A stretch of DNA of 63,779 nt, the filler included, from Octopus bimaculoides (Eukaryota), in NCBI RefSeq assembly GCF_001194135.2. It is 6 parts of 6 records of this genome, joined end to end, with 100 filler letters (N's around TTAATTAATTAA, not from the genome) between each part and the next. Parts side by side here need not be neighbours in the genome. Positions count along the whole stretch, not along the records: positions 34,480 to 61,897 come from NC_068986.1; positions 61,998 to 63,779 come from NW_026407721.1; 4 more parts are not named here. One strand, 5' to 3'. The notes under the pieces were generated by a model that saw only the letters and a list, made by a program, of their open reading frames with translations, ran no database searches and was not told the origin of the DNA. The position numbers and the translations under genes were made by a program. Of the stretch, positions 39,816-63,779 are shown piece after piece; within the stretch, counting starts at the first letter, position 1; the number at the start of each line of letters is the position of its first letter.

Positions 39816-40492
39816 ACCATCTTTTCTTGAAACAGCCGTAATAGTTACATTCTGCACACCTTCTTGCTTCTCTTTGAATTTTGGATTTTTACCTATGATC
39901 CCTTAACTTATTTCGTAATATCAATAATGTGAACTTACCTTATATATATTCCGGGAGTATACCAACATATATCGTGATTATTATCAACATTCCTGAACCG
40001 ATATTTTATTGATTTCTTGTGATTTAAACTTCTTTTCTTCATACATGTTACATAAATATATAAATGGCCAGATATCAGTTGTTTGCCTGTCTATACTTTT
40101 ATTCTATTAAGTGGGCTTCTTTTGCTAATGGTATTTGTTTAATAAGGCCACTGGTTATTCACGACACCCTTGTCTGATTAGATACTGAGATTCTGTATAT
40201 AAAGCATGGTGTAGTGAATGGGGAAGGCTTGGTTTTCAATGTTTGCAGTTGTGTATGCTTGTCAAGGGTAGGGTTCATTAGCCACCAACGGAGCCGCAAA
40301 TACAAAATATAAATAAGTCCGCACAATGTTCCTGAAGGTCAGCAATGGTCTTCCTTGGTCACGAGTGGACGGCCATCATCATGTATGTATGTATGTATGT
40401 ATGTGTATCTATCTATCTATCTATCTTACCATACACACGCACACATATATGTAAGCACACACATATATGTAAGCACACACACATATATATAT

Positions 40493-40800
40493 TCTTTTAC
40501 TTGTTTCAGTCATTTGACTGTGGATATGCTGGAGCATCGCCTTTAGTCGAACAAATCGACCCCAGGACTTATTCTTTGTAAGCTAGTACTTATTCTATCG
40601 GTCACCTTTGCCGAACTGATAAGTTAGGGACGTACACACACCAGCATCGGTTGTCAAGTGATGGTGGGGGAACACACACACACACACGCTCATATATATA
40701 CGATGGGATTCTTTCAGTTTCCGTCTACCAAATCAATTTTGGTCGGCCCGAGGCAATGGTAGAAGACACTTGCTCAATGTGCCATGTAGTGGGATCGGAC
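40493..40800 (-). mobile_element. Family-B SINE
   Basis: TTACTTGTTTCAGTCATTTGACTG..AGAAGACACTTG. Confidence 0.87.
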
Positions 40801-41339
40801 CCGGACCAAGGATGGAGATGTAGGAAGAAAGTTAGCTTCAAGCAACCCATAGTAAATATAGAAAAAAACAACTTTCAGGAACAATAGTGGTTTATTGAGA
40901 CGGAAGTTTGTGGATTTTTTTGTATCGAAGAACGATAAGCCGGAAAAAAGTTATTTTTATATCCCACGGTAAGCGACCAGGGTTGCCGGGTGTGCGAATA
41001 AGAATACTAGAGTTACGAAATGGAGTAGGTAAGATCCAGGCTACATATGTTTCATAGCGGGCAGAACCTCAGATGTGGTAAAAATCAAAGCGAGGTGTAT
41101 ACCGCCGGCTACTACTCTTCAGGCCAAGGATATCTTGATTAAATTAAAAGTTACTTTATAGCAAGGATGTACATGTTGACGCATGGAAGATTCAATCCGA
41201 ATGAGTAGGGAGTTGAATCAATTCGTTTGTAGCGTGAATAATGAGTTTCATATACTTGGTGAAATTAAACTTGTTGGTTAAGGATATCTCACTTACTAAC
41301 AAAACCGAGTACATGAAACTCATCCGTTTTGTATGCTCT

Positions 41340-41660
41340 TAAATACCCACCCCCACTCTTAGTTAAAGTCATCTAGGTTACAGAAACTATCAACCAATTC
41401 TACGGAGCCATCTGGGTATCTGAGAGTTTACTCCATGGGTGTTTTTACTGCTAACTATTCCTATTTGTCTGTCACATATTATATCATTCTTCACAGTTAA
41501 TCTGCCTGTGATCTCACTGCATCTCTTAAGTATACAAACTAAAATTCCGTACCATACATTTGCTGCATATCGAGCATGATACTAGATGACCTTGGATGAC
41601 CATGGAGTTCTGCACTGTTCTTTGCTAAGATCTTGTGTTTATATCTCTTGCTACTACATA
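41340..41660 (-). mobile_element. Decayed RTE-like LINE fragment with a Cys/His (PHD-like) segment
   Basis: Reads KRCSEITGRLTVKNDIICDR and then DGSVELVDSFCNLDD (compare RT LEVVDSFxYLGD). Confidence 0.55.
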
Positions 41661-42035
41661 TCAGATAAATATACAAATACCGTTGAGAAAAGTTGCTACT
41701 TTCATATAAAGACAGTGTGAAGTTTGTTTCTCTGTGACAGTCAATCTCATGTCAATCTGGCCATCACAGATGCAATGCACCAGTGAGTAGTCTGTCGGAC
41801 ACCTGTAATCAACGATGCTAGTGTTCACAAATTATAATATAAAATGTATAATACTTTCAATATGACCTCTGACAGAAGTTTAATCATGTATATGTACAGT
41901 TTTTACTTCTTTACTGTACTTTACAGTATTAAATATTTTTCTTTTATTTTTCTGGGTCTGGAGAAAGGCACATGCCCATGATGTTCACAGGCCCTCCTAG
42001 GCTAGTAAGATTGAAGCCATTAAGATTTCTCTAGA

Positions 42036-42245
42036 AGGTGGCGAACTGGCAGAATAGTTTGTGTGTCTGACAAAATACTTGGTCGGCATTTCTTCAACCC
42101 TGCACGTTTTGAGTTCAATTGCCACCGAGGCCGACATCGATTTTAATCCTTTCAGAGTCTATAGAATATGTACCAGTTAAGCACTGGGGTCGATGAATTC
42201 GACTGCTTCTCTCCTCAAAATTGCTGGGATTATGCAAAAATTAGA
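42036..42245 (+). mobile_element. Family-A SINE
   Basis: AAGGTGGCGAACTGGCAGAA head and GGGGTCGAT core. Confidence 0.8.
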
Positions 42246-42899
42246 AAGAACTTTTTCATAAGTCAACACCTGCGAGAAAGATATGAGCTGGGGGGAAATT
42301 CCAGAGTGTTGATATTCAGTGATGGAAAGGCTGAGTGATTAATGCAGGGCCTGGGGATGAAGATGGACGTAATAAGGTTATAGAGAGACGGGTGTGTCAT
42401 AATTGCTTGAGTGGAAGCGGTATAAGCCCAGCCAACTCTGAATAGTTGCGACAATCATACTAGCGGTAGAAAAAGTAGTCTGTTTATAAGATAGTAGTCC
42501 CAGTTTCACTGTATCAGCGCTTGCGTTTATTCTTGTATCTTTTACTCCAAATCTGAAATTGAAGGAAAGATAACACCAGAGAGAGGCAGAGATTGTCGTC
42601 ATAAGTTCTCATACTTCACACAATCTCAAAATGCTGTTTGTCTTAGGGTTTCTTTCCCCAACCTCCTGCTGTCTCTGTTTCTCGTCAGCTACTGAAAATA
42701 AAAGGTATCTTGGCAACAGTGTGTGATCGCACTAACTCCATAATTGAAGGGAGATGACTATTCACCACAGAATAGTAGTTTGCAAGACAAACAGTCCAGT
42801 ATTATCGACAATTCATGTCATATGTACCACCATAACATCACAGTTGTCTCCCTTACACATTTTGACCATGACTGCTCTTATCAGCTCAACTGTGCTTTG

Positions 42900-43190
42900 A
42901 TTTTCATGCAAGTTAATATTACGAAGACAATAGATTATACTCAGCTTCACTCATCTCCTAGTGCTCATTGCTCCAGTGCATCTGTCACATGCAAAGGTTA
43001 CCTTCTCTGTAAATTTGTATGTGATACCTCTGCATCTCTCGTGTGCTCAGTTTAAACTGGGTAAACATATGGAGTTTATACCTGCTCCTTTCTGCTTATT
43101 GAGCAAGGCCAAGTTCATTCACGATACTGGGGTCTTGTATTCTTTCCAATTTACTAGCACTTGAGCCTTTGCTTTATTTACCTTGTGGTA
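42900..43190 (-). mobile_element. Second decayed RTE-like fragment with a PHD-like segment
   Basis: Reads KGAGINSIC..HERCRGITYKFTEKVTFACDRCTGAMS, homologous to the 41.5 kb fragment. Confidence 0.55.
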
Positions 43191-43919
43191 TCTAGATTCT
43201 AAGTTTAGCTTCGATGTTCAAGTCATAACCATGTGTTACCTGAGTAAGTAAACATTTTCTGTATAACATCTCACTTCTTTACCCACTATTTAATGATAGA
43301 AACGATATGGAGCTATTATACCTCACTACAGTATCCACTAACGATAAAAGCTATATAACTGTCTATGTATCTTACTTCTGTATCCACTACTGAATGATAA
43401 AAGCTACATAGAGCAGTCTATTGTATTTTATGATAGAAGCTTTATAGATTTGTCTATTGAATCTCCATATTTAATGATAGAAGCTATATAGAACTGTCTC
43501 TACAAGTCTGTTGCTTGTAAGTGATAGACTGGCAGAGTTAGCAGAACATCAAATGAAATAGCTAGTGGTATTTGTTTCAGCTTCTTGGATTTAGAATTAA
43601 AGCCCCACTGATTTCAACATTGTCTTTCATCTTTCTGGGCTTGGTAAATAAAAACGCTAGTGTAGGACTTGTTAGAACATTAGATGGGTTGCCTTGTGGT
43701 ATTTGTCTCAGCTCTTTGTGTCTTGGGTTCAAATCTTGCTTTCATCTAGTTGGGTGGTAGACTTGATCTGTCACCTGGTCCTTGGGTGCATTTAAAAGGG
43801 TCCACTTTGTTGTAAGCATTTGAGCCAGTTCGCTAGTTTGATGATACCTTCCTACCCACCAGGTTTAGAGGCTTTGTAAGGGGTCATGTGTACTGGGCTT
43901 TTCTAAGTGATAAAGCAAG

Positions 43920-44315
43920 TATTCCTGACGATAACCTTTTATTCTTTTGTTTCACTCATTAGACTGCAGCCATGCTGGAGCACAGCCTTGAAGGGTTTTA
44001 GTCAAACAAACCAACCCCAGGAATTATTATTTTTAAGCCTAGTACTTATTCTATTGCTCTTTTTTGCTCAACTGCTAAGTTATGGGGACGTAAACACACC
44101 AACACCAGTTGTCAAGTAGTGGTGGGGGACAAACACAGACACATAGATATATGACAAACTTCTTTCAGTTTCCGTCTACCAAATCCACTCACAAGGCTTT
44201 GGTTGGCCCGAGGCTATAGTAGAAGACACTTGCTCAAGGTGCCACGCTGTAGGAGTGAAACTAGAACCATATGGTTGGGAAGCAAGCTTCTTACCACACA
44301 GCCACGCCTGTGCCT
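43920..44315 (-). mobile_element. Full-length family-B SINE
   Basis: Head (reverse complement of CTTACCACACAGCCACGCCTGTGCCT), core and tail all present. Confidence 0.9.
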
Positions 44316-45899
44316 ATAATGTCCACATATATTACTTGTCATATCTGTATATAAAGAATATGTAAGGTATACTTCTTTTCTGTTTTATTTGTTTAAAAAT
44401 ATGTTTGACTTATCAGTAAATGTCTTTTTCATTGTATGCCAGACTGATCAGCTCTATTTGCTGTCATCATAGTTCCATCCATTTGATTACTCTTTATAAA
44501 TATCCTCATAATATTTTGAAATGATCAGAAAGTAAAAGAGTCATGAAAACAATTTGTGAAAAGAAGCAACTTTTATTCTTTTAATTTGTTAAAAAAAGAA
44601 AAGAAAACTAAGTTAACATCTATTTTATTCCTCACACGTCAGTCAAATGATATACCTGATGATTTCCACTATAAAATTTGGCTGGCAGAATAATCAACCA
44701 GCAACAAGGTTAGTACCAGGCTTAGGCTACAGAGGAAAGCTATCAGGATCTGAATTGACTTCCAGCTTCAGACTAAAAACAGTAGTCCTTTCATAAAACC
44801 TGAAAACTCTCTAAATATGATCTAAAAGATCTTAGTTGCATAGTGCCATCTTTAAACTAGAGACTGAACAACATCAAGTTTTGATTCTAACTTCAGTGCT
44901 AATGAATGAAAACATTCAAAATGGTTTCCAAGGATTCTTAAGATGGAGTTGAACCACAAACTATATGATGTATGTAGTAAAAAAAAGAAGAAAAAAAAGA
45001 AAAGAAAAAAAAAATGGTTTCAAGGGTTCTATGCATGTGATCTAAATTCTAAGTATGGGTCTGACTAGAAATTAGAAATTGAATGTTAACATCCTACCAA
45101 CAGTATGTGACTAAGTTAACTGCTGGCAGTGAAGTAGATAAAAATCATTGAGGTACAAGAATACCCACATAAACTAAAAAGTGTCCTAGTTTTCAAGAAT
45201 TAGAGAACAAAAGCTCTCAAGACTAACTTTGAATTGTAGCAAAATCTTAAATTTTTTTTTTTAAGATTTCAGCCAATAGGTTTCCATAAAATACTAGTTT
45301 CCATGGTACATTTCAAAATGGTTTTCAAGGATTCCAGATCAGAATCCACAAACAGTACTCCACATAGTGGGTTTCAAAAAGAATCTCTAATTTGTTAAAA
45401 CAAGAATATCGGTTGAGATAGTTAATTTTGAACAGTAAAAGTCACAAGGCTCACAGGGAGGGATTTAAAACCTCTAATTTATGGATCAAAACCTTAGACG
45501 GACAGTGGACAAAACCTTGATTTCATGTGTTCCACTACTCCTCATACCTGATATGTCTTGATAACTTGGCTGTGCTGGTAACTATCCCTGATACACAGTT
45601 CTTTAAACCATATTTTTAGTAAGATCAATAGAAAATTTGTGTAGCAAAAATATTAAATGATTTCTGTATCACATATATGCTTTCAGCATCATCAAACAAC
45701 ACTATGCCATTTGGTATTAGACAACAGTGAAGCTGATGCAGTGATGACACTGTAAAAACTGATGGTGTATGTGTATGTGTGTGCTCAATGAATTGTAAGT
45801 GTGTTTGTGTGTCAGGCATTGAAGGAGAGACACAGTGAGAAAGCAAAATATTAATAATATAAAAAAAACATGGAGAGTGAAGGAGATTTAGTAAATATT

Positions 45900-46113
45900 G
45901 GTTTCAAATTCTGACACAAGGTCAACTATTTCAGGGGAGGAACTAAGTCAATTACATTGACCCCAGTGCATAACTGGTACTTACTTTATTGACCTCGAAA
46001 GGATGAAAGGCAAAGTTAACCTCTGTGGAATTTGAACTCAGAATGTAAAGGCAGACAAAATGCTGCTCAGCATTTTTCCTGGCATACTAACAATTCTGCC
46101 AGTTCGTCACCTT
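45900..46113 (-). mobile_element. Family-A SINE 200 bp downstream of the PGGT1B stop, with a 16-bp TSD
   Basis: TSD AGATTTAGTAAATATT at 45884-45899 and 46114-46129. Confidence 0.9.
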
Positions 46114-46318
46114 AGATTTAGTAAATATTAGTAATATAAAAAAAATCAAAGAGAGAAGGTGGGGGAAAAAAAGAGGGAAGAGAAAAAGAAAGGAAGAGCA
46201 AATTATAATATAAAAAAAGAAAGAAAAAGAGAGAAAGAGCTTGATTTGAAAAGGATAGCTCAGTTATGAGAAATGAAACACCACTCAATGAAGCAAGGTG
46301 GGGTGGTGATGGTAGAAC

Positions 46319-61418
<15,100 letters not shown>

Positions 61419-61997
61419 CACGTTGTTGATCAGACTAGAATTACTTTCCTTTCAATAGAGAGTTCCACGCTAATCAGCGAAATGTTCTTCCATATTTAAA
61501 GATTTACACAATAAAGAAAGATAATTGATCAATCGATCCATAATATATTAATGTCTTTTTTTTGTTGTTTAAATGCCGGGATTGATGGAATCAGAACTAA
61601 TTAAGTATCGAGGTTGGTTTAATCTAATATATAATGATCTTTATCACCTGAAAGGCACAAAAAAAAAAAACATTTTGTCGTTATTATTAAGAATCTTGTC
61701 TTATACTTCCATTCACATCAGGATGAATTATAAAAACTGTTTGACTGACACTTTATGCTGTCCGCCTCGGATCTTTTTGGTTTGACGGGCAACACTTGTT
61801 TTCTTAACGAAACACTTTCAAACTTGGGACACTGGTAGAATGTGTCATATAAAACAACTTTTTCTCTTAGCCTTCTTATTCAAAAAATTGTACATCGNNN
61901 NNNNNNNNNNNNNNNNNNNNNNNNNNNNNNNNNNNNNNNNNTTAATTAATTAANNNNNNNNNNNNNNNNNNNNNNNNNNNNNNNNNNNNNNNNNNNN

Positions 61998-63382
61998 AGC
62001 CATAAATTCCTTAGCAGTCCCAGTTGTTCTTCATAGCTTCAATGTGCATAACTGGAATACCAGTGAAATAATGAAAATTGATAGAAAAATCTTCAAGCTA
62101 CTGACTTGTAATAAGATGCACCATCTAAAGGCAGACGTGGATCGTCTTTATCTTCCCAGAGCTCAGGGAGGTCGAGGCTTGATCCAGCTTGAACTTACGT
62201 ACAAAACCACCACAATCGGACTTGCCAAATACCTTGAACAACCAACGATTGGATACTGAAACTTGTTGAAAAATATGAAAGACCGAAAAAACTTCACTCA
62301 CTTCTGAAAGAGAGCAAAAAATTCGCTACTGATCTCTTAGATTCTTACTAGATTGATCAGGTTGAAGGAAATGCGCCAACTGCTGCTGCAAAGAAAATAA
62401 AATTAATTGCAAAGACAAAAGCACATGAAAAAATAGCTAGCAGATGGGAACAGAAACCTCTGCATGGCAAGTATGTGGCTCGTAGCAAACAAGCTGATGT
62501 CGACCAGAAACGCACGCATCAATGGTTACGAAGCTCAGGGCTAAGCAGAGAGTGAAGGTTTCATATTAGCTGCTCAAGACCAAAGCTTATTAACCCGGAA
62601 CTACCAAGCCAATGTGATAAAAAAATGGAGCTGACCCAAAATGCCGATTCTATAACGATGAGATTGAAACTATAGACTACCTAATCTCAGGGTGTAGAGT
62701 CTTAGCACCTGTAGAATATAAAGCAAGACATGACAGAGTCGGCCAGTATTTACACTGGCCAATATGTCGGCATTATAAAATCAAAACCGCTGACAAATGG
62801 TGTAAACACCATCCTGAAGCTGTGACTGAGGGAGAAAATGTGTCGATTCTCCGGGACTTCCCCGTACATACCGACAAAACTATAAAAGCTAATAAACCAG
62901 ATATTATTATAAAAGATCAGACAAAAAAGATGTGCTTATTAATCGACGTGAGTATTCCTTGCGATCACAATATAGCGGCGAAAGAATTTGACAAGATTAG
63001 TAAATATAAAAACTTGGTAATAGAAATTGAAAAAATGTGGCATCTCAAGGCGACTACCGTACCAGTGATTGTAGGATCTCTAGGAATGATTAAAAAAGGT
63101 ACTGGAACGTATTTGAAAATGATACCAGGCTTATCATTCCTACAGAAAGTGCAAAAAATCGTGTTAACTGGAACGACTCATGTACTGAGAAGAGCATTAT
63201 CGCTGTGAAAACAACATCTATTCACGAATTTATTTATTTATTATTTTTTTTAATACATATTTTACCTGTGAATTTGTGTGTGTAAACTGGGAATGCATAC
63301 AGTGAGTTTCTCTAGTGTACGGAAAACACTCGGCGAGAAATGGAAGAAAATTTGAAGAAAGAAGGAAAAAAACAACATAAAA
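61998..63382 (+). mobile_element. 3' part of an R4/Dong-like non-LTR retrotransposon (RT thumb, zinc knuckle, restriction-like endonuclease), frameshifted
   Basis: Frames read AINSLAVPV...RLYLPRAQGGRGLIQLE, WEQKPLHGKY, EGFILAAQDQSL, a decayed CCHC (CRFY..ETIDYLISGC), RHDRVGQYLHW, and KPDIIIKD..LLIDVSIP..KEFDKISKY (PD-(D/E)xK). Stop at 63208, then a 3' UTR ending in (AAT)n. The 5' end runs into a gap. Confidence 0.9.
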
Positions 63383-63459
63383 ATAATAATAATAATAATA
63401 ATAATAACAACAACAACAACAACAACAACAACCCTTTCTACAATAGGCACAAGGCCTTA

Positions 63460-63779
63460 TGCAGAAGGATTTGCCAAAAATGGACTTGAGAGTGCTAATC
63501 AATTCCGATCACAAATAGCCAACGAGAGAGAAGAAACTCTACCCCGCTTGGAATTCCGTGGTCAGTTCCACCGTGAAACTGGCAACTTAAAAGACCAGAA
63601 GCATCATGGAGGTAGCTCAGCAAGGGTGACCTAAAAAAGAAGACTCGAAAGCCTAATCATCGTTGCCCAGGATTAGGCATTGAATACCAGCTCAGTGAAA
63701 AAGAATATGTATCATACAAGTGCATCGGGCCTCTGCAGAATGTGTGGGAAGAGGGTCGAAAGCGTGACTCACATTGTTA
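63460..63779 (+). mobile_element. Fragment of a second R4/Dong-like RLE non-LTR family, running off the window
   Basis: Reads LEFRGQFHRET..WR-LSKGDL-KKT-SLIIVAQD-ALNT..LCRMCGKRVESVTHIV (start of the CCHC knuckle), with stops and frameshifts. Confidence 0.8.

Noticed and set aside
62822-63208. 128-aa ORF as a host nuclease gene
   Set aside because: It is the endonuclease end of a frameshifted LINE ORF; the upstream frame is broken and the zinc knuckle is mutated.

Overview
AT-rich eukaryotic genomic DNA from a draft assembly. It has 20 N-gaps (about 7 kb), most next to microsatellites, and five of them are 100-nt placeholders containing TTAATTAATTAA. The SINE repertoire looks like octopus; that assignment is from recall, not a search. 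The only protein-coding gene I can support is a complete 9-exon PGGT1B (geranylgeranyltransferase type I beta subunit) on the minus strand, CDS 61418 to 46319. It is 1107 nt / 368 aa, every intron is GT-AG, and the Zn ligands are intact. The rest is mostly repeats: dozens of tRNA-derived and RTE-tail SINEs, decayed RTE, R4/Dong-like, Penelope-like and mariner fragments, small MITEs and microsatellites. Nearly all ORFs in the supplied track are microsatellite or N artefacts. I found no prokaryote-type system and cannot claim a new biological system. The leads most worth checking are: a 417-bp near-perfect foldback with hammerhead-like arms (29120-29536); R4/Dong-like LINE pieces at (AAT)n/(AAC)n tracts; near-identical inverted SINEs bracketing PGGT1B exons 2-6; and a possible unannotated plus-strand spliced transcript with a 27-nt micro-exon.
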